DNA of 64,000 bases from an uncultured Rhodothermaceae bacterium (GTDB taxonomy: Bacteria; Bacteroidota; Rhodothermia; Rhodothermales; JAHQVL01). The stretch lies in assembly GCA_964525535.1 (NCBI GenBank), contig CAZGHT010000016.1, positions 1,834-65,833 of the forward strand. Reading direction: 5' to 3'. Numbering within the stretch: the first letter of the stretch is position 1; the number at the start of each line of letters is the position of its first letter. The notes under the pieces were generated by a model. That model had not been told where the DNA came from and searched no databases. It was given only the letters and a program-made list of their open reading frames with translations. A program made the position numbers and the translations under genes. Below are positions 8,301-17,022 of this stretch, one piece after another.

Positions 8301-9190
8301 CCTCCCGGCGTATGATGGCGCTCCTGGACGACGACGAAGCTACGGCAGACCAGAAAAAGGCGGCCGTCCAGGGCCTGGCCGCCAACCGATGGGAAGCGCT
8401 GGAAGACCGCCTCCCGGCATTGCTGAACGTCGATGACGTGCGCATGGAAGCCATTGGTGCAATTGCGGCCTACGACAACGAGAACCTGGGGCGACTGTTG
8501 CTCGATCGCTACGATACGTTCACCCCCGCTGAACAGCAACGAGCGATTCAGACGTTGTCTTCCCGGCCGTCGTACGGCTGGTTGTTGACCGAAGCTCTGG
8601 AAGACGGAGCCATGCCGAAAGAGGACGTGCCGGCCTACGTGGCGCGCCAGCTGCGCCGCGTAGTGGGTAATGGTTTCGTCGAAGTCTGGGGACCCATCGA
8701 CCAGCTCTCGGTAGATACAGCCGCCCAATATGCCAGATACCGCGCGCTGCTGACCCCCGAGGCGCTCGCCGCCGCCGACCTGGAGCAGGGAGAAGTGCTC
8801 TACCAGCAAACCTGCGGCGCCTGCCACATCATGCACGGCGAGGGCGGCGAAATCGGGCCGGAGCTTACCGGTTCCAATCGGACCGACCTGGAATACCTGC
8901 TCAGCAACGTGCTCGATCCGAGCGAAGTGATTCAGGACGACTACAAAATGGTCGTCATCACCACACAGGATGGCCGCACCTATCTCGGCAACATCGTCTC
9001 AGAGAACGAAAGGCAGCTCACCCTGCGTGTGGTCGGGCAGGAGCCGGTCGTGATGAACCAGTCCGATATCCAGACCCGGGAAGTATCCAACGCTTCGCTG
9101 ATGCCGCAGGGGTTGTTCGACGCGCTGTCTGACGACGAGGTCAGGCGCCTCGTCGCCTTCTTGATGGCCGAAGAACGGCCGGGAGTCTGA
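5357..9190 (+). CDS. Multidomain secreted protein: PmoA/DUF6807-like N-terminus + 'membrane-bound dehydrogenase' beta-propeller + HEAT repeats + C-terminal c-type haem domain (PVC-type CxxCH protein)
   Basis: 1277 aa with a signal peptide. Motif blocks: GHHPHQTGIYWGF..GRDYFHHP; PEGFAVNAWAGEPMITQPMAFAWDDRGRLWIAEN; HEAT-like helical repeats; and the haem motif CGACH at nt 8813-8827. Confidence 0.8.
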   Translation: MLRVFPVLLLYCISSVVLFGCRPTDQQAEATIEGPAPLSVQQVDEGNKIVVYRGESSEPIVTQQAAPDHRPFLHPIVAPDGGGILTEYSPGHHPHQTGIYWGFTRVNGRDYFHHPEGEYWERVSAEVLAANGPRVAWQTVYHLLDEAGEPVLRETQTWSMEVRDEAYFLDLEWRGDALKDVVIGEYEYGGLFVRMPWQEGMEGRVVNAARQIDERAEGQRAMWVDVGLVVDGRDDMAHIAVFDHPDNEGYPQPWRVDGQLGVGPVRARSGDWSIAAGETEFIRHQLMLYTGEKSDIEITDAWTEYADAHELYGTASLWGIAQQEGLEAEFLTPEQAAESMTVPEGFAVNAWAGEPMITQPMAFAWDDRGRLWIAENRDYESRQTGFSASGDSRILILEDTDRDGVADSRTVFLEGIPFPAALAVGFDGVFLGAPPHLLFIPDRDGDDKADMDDIEIRLTGWGIRDRHETINSLHWGPDGWLYGLEGFATPSKIRKPRAGEGLFKHGDPFPDDLLEQEGVDIDGGVWRYHPVKDRFEVVAHGFSNPWGIDYDAKGQLFISACVIPHMFHVIPGGIYHRQGGQHFNPYVYSDIQTIVDHRHRSAHGGARIYQSDAFPDEHKGRLFMANIHEHAVLSDILEPVGSGFKASHGQDFLLANNAQWIGFSIEIGPEGAIYVLDWHDADICGKDVLDKDTGRIFRIAPVESRAEDWAGRYEDLRLRSDLELAALQRSESDWHARRARVILQHRASEAPLDAEAVQELTRLFATETDGDLRLRAMWTLHVAGLFEESDLFDALDDADEYVRSWAIQLLTEDGSPGPQALDAFARMARTDASPVVRKYLAAALQRIDEDARWPVAEGLLAREEDAGDHNIPRMIWFGVEPLVPARPEHAIDVAGQSRIPMVTEFTARRLVDADLLEPLMAGLDEYQPARPDLLRGMRSGLEGRHDLVAPPSWDPVYARLQSDPASAQRALEVAQLFGDTEASRRMMALLDDDEATADQKKAAVQGLAANRWEALEDRLPALLNVDDVRMEAIGAIAAYDNENLGRLLLDRYDTFTPAEQQRAIQTLSSRPSYGWLLTEALEDGAMPKEDVPAYVARQLRRVVGNGFVEVWGPIDQLSVDTAAQYARYRALLTPEALAAADLEQGEVLYQQTCGACHIMHGEGGEIGPELTGSNRTDLEYLLSNVLDPSEVIQDDYKMVVITTQDGRTYLGNIVSENERQLTLRVVGQEPVVMNQSDIQTREVSNASLMPQGLFDALSDDEVRRLVAFLMAEERPGV

Positions 9191-9197
9191 GTCGGGT

Positions 9198-10754
9198 TCA
9201 GGGCGACCGCTGTATTCGGTCGAGGGCGGCTTCGAGAACCGCATCGCGGCCCCGGGCCACGTCCTCGATGTTATGGTCGACGGTCACGTCCGGGATCACC
9301 CCCCGGTCGGGTTGCGCTTCTCTCGGGTAGTATCCATATACGGGGAGGTCGACCTCTACTTTTGAGTGGGGCAGATTGAGGAAGAACATCTGCCCGCCGT
9401 TGGTGCCTCGGAGGTTGCCGCCGGTGGGTTGCCCGACCAGCGTGCCTATTCCGTTGTCCTGGACGACCTTCGCCAGCGTGAAGGTCGCGGAGCTGTTCGC
9501 TGCGTCGACCAGGAGATACACGTCGCCCTGATAGGCATCGGGCGACGGCGGGTAAATGGGGGGCTGGCCGGACTCGTTGCGCGGTGCGTAGTATCCTTTT
9601 CCGGTATCCTCGACGCTGAGAGACAGATCGAAGATCGCGTCGTTCCAGGACCCGACGTAAGGACGGATGTCTTCCGGAACGGCCTGGTATTGGATGCGCG
9701 TCTCGACGGACGGCAACGTGACCGTTTTCCTGCTCAGGTGTTGCAGCAGCACCCTGTACACCTCGTCCATACCTCCGCCGTTGCCCCGAATGTCGACGAT
9801 CAGGTTGGGGATCTTTTGTTCATCCATCGTTGCGAAAGCATCGTCCAGGAATTTCTTCCAGTCCAGGTCCATCTTGTAGGTCACGAACGTACCGAGTTGC
9901 AGGTAGGCGACGTCGTCGTCGAGTATCTCGAATTGCCACAGGTCGTCGTAGGATTCCGGCTGGGGCCCGTATCGTTCTGCCAGGCGGCGGACGCGCTCCT
10001 GCCGGCTGATGGGGGACACCTCGGCTGAAAACTCGGAGGCATTCTCCGGCGTTCTCGCTTCAACGGTGAGGGTCTCTCCCGTCCAGGGAAAGAACAGAGG
10101 GAAATAAATGTCGAATAGCTCGTACCGCTCCGTGCCGGACACCTGGAGCTCGTACAGGCGCATGGCGTCGTTGGAGCCGTCAGCGGCGACGATGGTCGTG
10201 AGGCTATCCAGGATCGCCGGCACCGGCGCCCCGTTGATCGCTGTGATTTCCGTGCCGGCCCGGATCCGGTCGTCGCCGGCGACGCTTCTGGTGACGATCA
10301 TTCGCTTTTCGATGAGATCGAAGGTGAAAGGCAGCTTGTTCGTCCCGTTCAGGATCATCTCCTGGATCAGGTCGCTTTGATTCCAGGGGTTGACGTGGGT
10401 ATGCCCGCATTGTACGGTGGCGACAAACTGAGAAAAGACCCGGTAGGCTTCTTTGTAGGTCAGGTCATCGTGAAGCGCCTGTTCGAGTTTTTTCAGGTTG
10501 GATTCGAAATAAGAAGGCTCGTGGTATCGATCGAGGGCCGGGTGCAGGGTTAAGAGCGAGCGTTTCAGGATCTCGAAATCCTCCATCAAATTCGCCGAGG
10601 GGATGCGATACGTTTCCGGGGAGGCCGTGGCATCAAGACGATCCCCAGGGGCGGGGGGCTGGGCCCCTGCCGGTTCGGGCTGAGCGTGGCTCGGCGTAGA
10701 GACGAAAGCGGTGAAGAGAAGAATACAGGTAGAGTACAAAACAGATCGCGTCAT
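9198..10754 (-). CDS. S41-family peptidase (tail-specific protease-like)
   Basis: 518 aa with a signal peptide. S41 blocks NLIVDIRGNGGG and LLVDAANSSATFTLAKVVQDNGIGTLVGQPTGG. Confidence 0.8.
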   Translation of the reverse strand: MTRSVLYSTCILLFTAFVSTPSHAQPEPAGAQPPAPGDRLDATASPETYRIPSANLMEDFEILKRSLLTLHPALDRYHEPSYFESNLKKLEQALHDDLTYKEAYRVFSQFVATVQCGHTHVNPWNQSDLIQEMILNGTNKLPFTFDLIEKRMIVTRSVAGDDRIRAGTEITAINGAPVPAILDSLTTIVAADGSNDAMRLYELQVSGTERYELFDIYFPLFFPWTGETLTVEARTPENASEFSAEVSPISRQERVRRLAERYGPQPESYDDLWQFEILDDDVAYLQLGTFVTYKMDLDWKKFLDDAFATMDEQKIPNLIVDIRGNGGGMDEVYRVLLQHLSRKTVTLPSVETRIQYQAVPEDIRPYVGSWNDAIFDLSLSVEDTGKGYYAPRNESGQPPIYPPSPDAYQGDVYLLVDAANSSATFTLAKVVQDNGIGTLVGQPTGGNLRGTNGGQMFFLNLPHSKVEVDLPVYGYYPREAQPDRGVIPDVTVDHNIEDVARGRDAVLEAALDRIQRSP

Positions 10755-10930
10755 GGGTGTATGCCTGTCGCAGGTGATTATTCGTGCTACGCCTACTACC
10801 GAACGGGTTCGGGGTTTTGGTTCGATGCGATCTGAGACCTGATCGTTGGATACGCTGCGTGTGTTGTCCCCCCTTCACACGCTCATAACACAACTTTCTG
10901 GTATAAACGGATGGCGGGTTTCTGCTCCGG

Positions 10931-12298
10931 TCAGGGCCTGTTGTTCTGGCGGCGCGCTTTGAAGTTGTACGCAACACCCAGGTCGACCCCGCCGGCGGTG
11001 ACGTCGTAGCCGCCGAGCACGATCAGGGGGCCGAAGTTGCCCACCAGTCCGACAGACGCGCTGAATTCGAAGTCGCGGTCTCCGTTCAGCTCCGTCATCA
11101 TAGCGCCGAGCCCTACCATCGGCTGGACGGGCGATTTGAATACGTCGTAGAAGCTGACGAGCCGGCCAATAATATGTTCGTTCTCGACCGTCGAGCGGTT
11201 GATGACGGCTTCGTTGACGGCAACCTGGAGCAGAAACCCGCCCTCCGGCTGCACGTACCCGGCCGATAACCCGATGGGGGCGAATTTAGTATTCCCGTAA
11301 TAACCCACCGTACCGCCGGCTACGGCCACGATGGCTACAGCCGCTGCTCCGGCGAGGGCCACGGGGAGTAATTCATCGTCGTCATCGTCATCGTCGTCGT
11401 CGTCTTTTTTCCTGGATCGACCGGATGTGATGTCCTCGATGGCTCCGCCGGCCTCGTCGCCGCCCTGCTCTTCGTCCGCCGGCCTCCGATTTCGGCGGTC
11501 TTCTCTGGAGCGCGGCTCCTCGTCGTCGGGGGCGGCCCCACGCCCGGTACGTTCGCCCCGGGGCTCACGCGTCCGGGAGGCATCCCCGACGTAGCGCGGG
11601 GGGCGGCTGATGTAGATCGGGATGTCGATGATGACGTCGACGGAAGGGCCGTACACGGTTTGCCGGCGCGGTCGCCGCGATCCAGCCTGCGGCCGGCTGC
11701 TGCGGGTGAGTACGGGTTCCTCTCCGAAGTAGACGAACGTCATGTTGACGATGCGCGGGTTGCCGAGCTCGAAGGAGCTGGCGAAATACGATTGAGCCGT
11801 CGAATCCGGTACGCCCGGGAAGACGGTGTCCCAGCCGAGGGTGTTCACCTCCATGGAAAACAGGCCCGGATAAGGCGGGAGCATCAGGCTGTCGACGACG
11901 AAGTCCACTTGAGAAACGACGTCTTCTTCCACGAGCACATCGACGCGCAAATGGAGGGACTCGATGTTCACCTCGCCCTGGAGATCGCTGAAGGCGAGTT
12001 TGTTGCCGTCCATATAGACGGCATCGCCCGGCTTCCACTCGACGGCAAAGGTCAGGAAGGGCTGCTGACGGGTGGATCGATACCCATAACCGACGGAAAG
12101 CGTGTCGATAGACGGGAGGATCTCCGCGTGGGCTTTGAGGGAATCCAGCGATACGATGTCGTCCTCGGAGCTCGGCCAGTCTGTGATGTGCAATACGCCG
12201 TTGCTTAATGACCAGTCTTGCCCGTAGGCTGGGGGCAGGAGTTGAGGCAGGAAATAACCGCAGGCAAACGCAATCAGGATCGAATAAAGGCGTGTCAT
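10931..12298 (-). CDS. Hypothetical envelope protein with R/P/E-rich linker, Asp10 run, hydrophobic segment and Gly-rich beta-like C-terminus
   Basis: 455 aa. Signal peptide MTRLYSILIAFACGYFLPQLLPPAYGQ. The D10 run is encoded at 11375-11404, followed by the hydrophobic segment LLPVALAGAAAVAIVAVAGG. I recognise no family. Confidence 0.6.
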   Translation of the reverse strand: MTRLYSILIAFACGYFLPQLLPPAYGQDWSLSNGVLHITDWPSSEDDIVSLDSLKAHAEILPSIDTLSVGYGYRSTRQQPFLTFAVEWKPGDAVYMDGNKLAFSDLQGEVNIESLHLRVDVLVEEDVVSQVDFVVDSLMLPPYPGLFSMEVNTLGWDTVFPGVPDSTAQSYFASSFELGNPRIVNMTFVYFGEEPVLTRSSRPQAGSRRPRRQTVYGPSVDVIIDIPIYISRPPRYVGDASRTREPRGERTGRGAAPDDEEPRSREDRRNRRPADEEQGGDEAGGAIEDITSGRSRKKDDDDDDDDDDELLPVALAGAAAVAIVAVAGGTVGYYGNTKFAPIGLSAGYVQPEGGFLLQVAVNEAVINRSTVENEHIIGRLVSFYDVFKSPVQPMVGLGAMMTELNGDRDFEFSASVGLVGNFGPLIVLGGYDVTAGGVDLGVAYNFKARRQNNRP

Positions 12299-12415
12299 GA
12301 TCTTCAGGCTTAATGGGTTGCCTGTGTATTAGACGCGCTCAAATTTGGAGAAGTTACTTTCGATCTCTGTATTTCATAAAAACATATAAACCGGACAGTT
12401 AAAACAAACAGCCAG

Positions 12416-12457
12416 AGCCGCTCTGGTAGCACGTATGCGCATCCGGCGCGTAACATC
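12416..12457. repeat. Partial copy (right half) of a dispersed intergenic element ending in CGCGTAACATC
   Basis: AGCCGCTCTGGTAGCACGTATGCGCATCCGGCGCGTAACATC matches 41112-41153 at about 35 of 42 positions. Confidence 0.7.
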
Positions 12458-12540
12458 ACTATCGTAACATGGAGTTGCCGATTTGGTGTAAATTCAGTAA
12501 TTACCCCATAGCTCGTCTTTCGGAATGTTGCTACACGCTC

Positions 12541-15500
12541 ATGACTCAATCGCACTTCTGTAGGATCCTGCTGGACATTACCGCGCGCGTTGTTGCTGTA
12601 TTCGTTATGGGATGTCTGGCAGCTTCGTCCGGTTCAGCGCAGTCTACGCCGGTGCCTTTTCAACGGCTCTCGGTCAACGACGGACTGTCCCACAACAACG
12701 TAATCGACATTCACCAGGATCGGTTCGGCTATCTGTGGTTCGGTACGGAGAGCGGGCTCAATCGATACGATGGGTATGAGGTCGTCGTATACAAACATCA
12801 CGTGGGTGACCCACGCAGTTTGAGCGACAACTGGGTGTACGACATCTACGAAGACCGTCAGGGCGATCTGTGGATAGCTACTGAAGCAGGGCTGAACCGA
12901 TACGACCGGGACGGCGACGCCTTCGAGCGTCACCTGGTCGGAGCCGATTTTCCCGGCGGAGGCCGTGCTGATGTATTCTCGATAGCCGAAGACGAGGCCG
13001 GCCGGCTCGTTATGGGCACGTACAATGGGATGGTGCGCTACGACGTCGCCCGGAATCTCGTCGACGTATTCAATAAAAATGTCGAACAACCCGGAAGCCT
13101 GCACGCAGATACGGTATATGCCGTGCTCGAGGATTCCGGAGGCACGATCTGGCTGGGGACCTGGCGCGGTCTGGCCCGGTTCGACGAGGCTACAGATACG
13201 TTCATCCAGTACCGTCACTCGGCGATCGATCCGTATAGCCTCTCCTCAGATAATGTACGGGCCATTTATCGCGATCGATCGGGGGCGCTGTGGATAGGCA
13301 CCGGTAATGGCCTCAACCGGTTCGATGAACGGCAGGAAACGTTTATACGATTTCTGGCAGAGCCCGGAGTAGACGGCGCCTTGCAGACCGATGCGATCTG
13401 GGATATCTACGAAGATCGGAAGGGGCAGCTCTGGATCTCGACGGTCGGGAGCGGGCTGTACCGCTACGAAGAAGAGACGGGCTCGTTCTGGCAGGTGCTC
13501 AGCAGCGCACGCGCCAGGGGGGCGAATGCAAACCGGCTCCAGGCCGTGCTGGAAGACCATTCGGGCGTCTTATGGGTCGGCAGCGCGGGAAGCGGCGTCT
13601 ACTTTCAGGATCGGGTCAGCGGATATTTCGGGCTCATCGCCAGGGATCCCGATGCGCCCGGTGGACTCAGCTCGAATGAAGTCTTCGGCATCGAGGAAGA
13701 CTGGTCCGATCCGGATATCCTGTGGATCGGCACGAGAGGCGGAGGGCTCAACCGGCTCGATCGCTCCACGGGCCGGCTCACCGTATTTCGGCATGACCCG
13801 GGGAACGAAAGAAGTCTATCCCACGATGTCGTGGAGGCGATACTGGTCGACCGAGCCGGCGCCGTCTGGGTCGGGACGTGGGGCGGCCTGGACCGGTATG
13901 ACCGCGATACGCAGTCGTTCACGAGGATCTCGTTCGATGAAGAGCGGGAGCTCGACCGGTGGAAACGCATCGTCTATGAAGCGCCGTCGACGCCCGGTGT
14001 GCTGTGGATCGCCTCCGGCGCACGGGGACTCGTGCGGTACGACGTACAGACGGGGGACTTCACGGTCTTCAGCCACGATCCCTCCGACGTCTATACGCTG
14101 GGGGGCAACTGGGTGGCTTCTCTGTACGAGGATCGCCGCGGCCGGTTATGGGTCGGAACCGAAGGGGGAGAACTCAACCTGTTCGACCCGGTCTCGGCAT
14201 CCTTCCGGCGATTCGCTTTTGACCCCGACACGCCGAACAGCCTCAAAAGCCAGGATGTGTATGCCATTAACGAAACGCCGGATGGGATGCTCTGGCTGGG
14301 TACGGAGAACGGCCTCGTTCGATTCGACTCGGACCGCGGCCAATTCCGCCACTTCACGGAAGACAACAGCGACGTGTCCAGCAACATGGTGTACGGGATT
14401 GAGGTAGATGACGAAGGGATGTTGTGGGTCAGCACGCTGGGCGGTTTGAACCGGTTCGACCCGGTCTCGGCATCGTTTCGCAACTACGACCTGGATCGGG
14501 GGTTGCAGGCGAGGGCGTTTCATCCGTTTGCTGCGCATCGAGGGGCTTCCGGCCGCATTTATTTCGGAGGCCCCGGCGGGCTCAATGTGTTCCACCCCGA
14601 AGAGATCAATGAAAACCCGCACCCCCCGCGCATCGTCCTCGACGACCTAAAGCTGTTCAACCAGAGCGTTGTACCCGGTGAGACCTCGCCGCTGCTGCAC
14701 TCGATGCTCACCACGAATCACATCGAGCTGGCCCCCGACGAGAATGACATCTCACTGGGCTACCTCGGGCTCCACTTCAGCAACCCGGGCAACATCAAAT
14801 ATGCCTACAAACTCGACCCCTATGATTCGGACTGGCGGGAGGTTGGCGCCACCCGGACGGCTACGTACACGAGCCTCGGTCCGGCTACGTACACGTTCTC
14901 TGTCAGAGCGGTGAGTCCGGATGGCGTGGTCAGCGAATCGGAACCTGTGTCTATCCACATTCGCACTCCGTGGTGGAGACGGCCCTGGGCAATGGGTTTG
15001 TATGTGTTGATGCTCGGAGCCGGCATGTACGGCGTACATACGTTCCAGAGCCGGCGTCTCGTTCGCAGGGAGCAAATCCGCGCTCGCATCGATCAGGCCG
15101 AACTGCGTGCCGAGGCGGCCGAGCTCGCCCGGCAGGCCGTGGAGATGGAATCTCGGGCGTTGCGGGCCGAGAACGCCCGGCATGAATCCGAACTGCAAAA
15201 AGCGCAGGAACTCAAAGAAGCGTACGATGCGCTCGAGCGATCGATGCAAGAATTGAGGAAGACGCAGGAGCAATTGATCCAATCCGAGAAGATGGCGTCC
15301 CTGGGGATGCTCATGGGCAGCATCGCGCATGAGCTTAAGAATCCATTGAACTTCGTGACTAACTTCGCCAGTGTCGTGAATGAGTCCCTGGACGAACTGA
15401 GAGAACTTGCCCGTACGAAGCTGTCTCCCTCGGATCGAGGTGACGCGGAGGATCTGGAGGAATTACTGGAGGTGATCAGCATCAATACATCGAAGATCGA

Positions 15501-16065
15501 GAAACACGGTTACCGGGCCGATCAAATCGTATCCTCGATGATGAAACATGTCAGTGGCATACAAGGCCAGCACGTACCGACCCGGCTCGATGCACTCCTC
15601 GACGAGTCGATCGATCAGGCATATGCGCGTTTTCGCGAGCGCGACGACGCCGTCGCTGTGATTTTTCGGCGAGATTACCACCACGCTCTCGAAGAGATAT
15701 CGCTGATTCCCCAGGATATGAAACAGGTGTTCGTCAATATTCTGGATAACAGTTTTGATGCGATGTCGGAGAGAGCGACGTCGAAGCGGATGGGGGATAC
15801 ATATAGCCCCGAATTGACCGTCGAAACCGTTCGTACGGAAAAAGGGGTTGAAGTTCGCTTTGCAGACAATGGCATCGGGATAAGGAAAGAACACCTCCAT
15901 CAAGTGTTCGACCCCTTTTTTACGACGAAGCCGGCCGGCAAAGGCAGCGCCGGCCTGGGGTTGTCGTTGTGTTACAACATCGTGGTTACCGGGCATCAGG
16001 GGCGCATGGCGGTAGAGAGCGACATGGGGAAAGGAGCCACTTTTGTGGTCGAATTGCCAATATAG
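12541..16065 (+). CDS. Hybrid-architecture sensor histidine kinase: periplasmic two-component-regulator propeller repeats + Y_Y_Y domain + TM + coiled coil + HisKA/HATPase
   Basis: About 12 repeats of the G.LW.GT..GL.R(F/Y)D type. Y_Y_Y block YAYKLDPYDSDWREV...YTFSVRA, TM WAMGLYVLMLGAGMYGV, H-box GSIAHELKNPLN, and ATPase blocks DNGIGI and GSAGLGLSL. I chose the ATG at 12541 over the ORF start at 12469. No response regulator is adjacent. Confidence 0.88.
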   Translation: MTQSHFCRILLDITARVVAVFVMGCLAASSGSAQSTPVPFQRLSVNDGLSHNNVIDIHQDRFGYLWFGTESGLNRYDGYEVVVYKHHVGDPRSLSDNWVYDIYEDRQGDLWIATEAGLNRYDRDGDAFERHLVGADFPGGGRADVFSIAEDEAGRLVMGTYNGMVRYDVARNLVDVFNKNVEQPGSLHADTVYAVLEDSGGTIWLGTWRGLARFDEATDTFIQYRHSAIDPYSLSSDNVRAIYRDRSGALWIGTGNGLNRFDERQETFIRFLAEPGVDGALQTDAIWDIYEDRKGQLWISTVGSGLYRYEEETGSFWQVLSSARARGANANRLQAVLEDHSGVLWVGSAGSGVYFQDRVSGYFGLIARDPDAPGGLSSNEVFGIEEDWSDPDILWIGTRGGGLNRLDRSTGRLTVFRHDPGNERSLSHDVVEAILVDRAGAVWVGTWGGLDRYDRDTQSFTRISFDEERELDRWKRIVYEAPSTPGVLWIASGARGLVRYDVQTGDFTVFSHDPSDVYTLGGNWVASLYEDRRGRLWVGTEGGELNLFDPVSASFRRFAFDPDTPNSLKSQDVYAINETPDGMLWLGTENGLVRFDSDRGQFRHFTEDNSDVSSNMVYGIEVDDEGMLWVSTLGGLNRFDPVSASFRNYDLDRGLQARAFHPFAAHRGASGRIYFGGPGGLNVFHPEEINENPHPPRIVLDDLKLFNQSVVPGETSPLLHSMLTTNHIELAPDENDISLGYLGLHFSNPGNIKYAYKLDPYDSDWREVGATRTATYTSLGPATYTFSVRAVSPDGVVSESEPVSIHIRTPWWRRPWAMGLYVLMLGAGMYGVHTFQSRRLVRREQIRARIDQAELRAEAAELARQAVEMESRALRAENARHESELQKAQELKEAYDALERSMQELRKTQEQLIQSEKMASLGMLMGSIAHELKNPLNFVTNFASVVNESLDELRELARTKLSPSDRGDAEDLEELLEVISINTSKIEKHGYRADQIVSSMMKHVSGIQGQHVPTRLDALLDESIDQAYARFRERDDAVAVIFRRDYHHALEEISLIPQDMKQVFVNILDNSFDAMSERATSKRMGDTYSPELTVETVRTEKGVEVRFADNGIGIRKEHLHQVFDPFFTTKPAGKGSAGLGLSLCYNIVVTGHQGRMAVESDMGKGATFVVELPI

Positions 16066-16133
16066 CGGAATGTGTCTATATTGATCCGAGGCCTTACGTG
16101 ATTCCACCATTCTTTGTCGGGCCCCTTCCACTC

Positions 16134-16424
16134 ATGCACACAAAACCCATCATGGTTATGACCGATCAAGAGCTTATCGCCCGCGAAAAAGAGCTGCAGA
16201 GCCAGCTTCGCATTCAACCCACGCTGAATCTCGAATTCAAAGCGCTGATATCCAGGCTTTTTCGCGAGCATAATATTGAAATCGCGCCAGATGTGTTGTC
16301 GAAATTGACGCTCGCTCTGGATCGCACCGCTGCCGAGGAGCCCCGCCCGATCGACGCCTCGCTGGCCTCAGTGGATACGTCTCAGGATTCGGGTTTCGGG
16401 TTAGAGCCTCATCACATCGGATAA
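16134..16424 (+). CDS. Small hypothetical protein (96 aa), helical N-terminal part and acidic/Ser-Thr-rich tail
   Basis: MHTKPIMVMTDQELIAREKELQSQL...AAEEPRPIDASLASVDTSQDSGFGLEPHHIG. The ORF is free of the kinase gene and lies 15 bp upstream of the oxygenase gene. I recognise no family, so its coding status is not proven. Confidence 0.45.
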   Translation: MHTKPIMVMTDQELIAREKELQSQLRIQPTLNLEFKALISRLFREHNIEIAPDVLSKLTLALDRTAAEEPRPIDASLASVDTSQDSGFGLEPHHIG

Positions 16425-16439
16425 GGTGAACGCCCGGCG

Positions 16440-17006
16440 ATGCGCCCTTTTTTACAGCCCGGCCCGGGGATCGTTACCATGAACCTGATGCAGGGGGATG
16501 AGTGCCGCAGCATCATCGAATCGGTTCCGGATGAAGCCTGGACCGCCGCTCGCGTTCGGACCCGCTCTGCCACGGCCGCCGTCGCTACCGTAGAGCGATC
16601 TGCGTCGACCGTGACCCTTCCGGAAGAGGCTCCAGCCTGGGCCCTGCTGCATGGTCGCATTCACAACGTGGTGCGTCCGCTCGTGTATCGCATCTGGCGG
16701 CGCGACTTCGTCGATCACTCCAGCATCAACCTCGTTCGTTATGAGGAAGGGGGCTTCTATCGAGCGCACACGGACAGCGGCCGGTTTTCGAAGACCCGGT
16801 ATATCACGATCCTCTGTTATTTGAACGACGACTTCGAAGGTGGCGGGACCTATTTTCCGAACGGGGATGTTGAGATACACCCCGAGGCCGGCAAGGCCGT
16901 CCTCTTTCCATCGGACTACCTGCATCGGGCCAATACCGTCGAGAACGGCCAGAAATACATCGCCCTGTCCTGGCTGGTTGCTCCCCCTCCGATCGCGTGG
17001 ATCTGA
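16440..17006 (+). CDS. 2OG-Fe(II) oxygenase, prolyl-4-hydroxylase-like
   Basis: YEEGGFYRAHTDSG (HxD) ... GGGTYFP ... AGKAVLFPSDYLHRA ... KYIALSW. The start could instead be the ATG at 16479. Confidence 0.8.
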   Translation: MRPFLQPGPGIVTMNLMQGDECRSIIESVPDEAWTAARVRTRSATAAVATVERSASTVTLPEEAPAWALLHGRIHNVVRPLVYRIWRRDFVDHSSINLVRYEEGGFYRAHTDSGRFSKTRYITILCYLNDDFEGGGTYFPNGDVEIHPEAGKAVLFPSDYLHRANTVENGQKYIALSWLVAPPPIAWI

Positions 17007-17022
17007 GCGATCCGAGGGAGCC

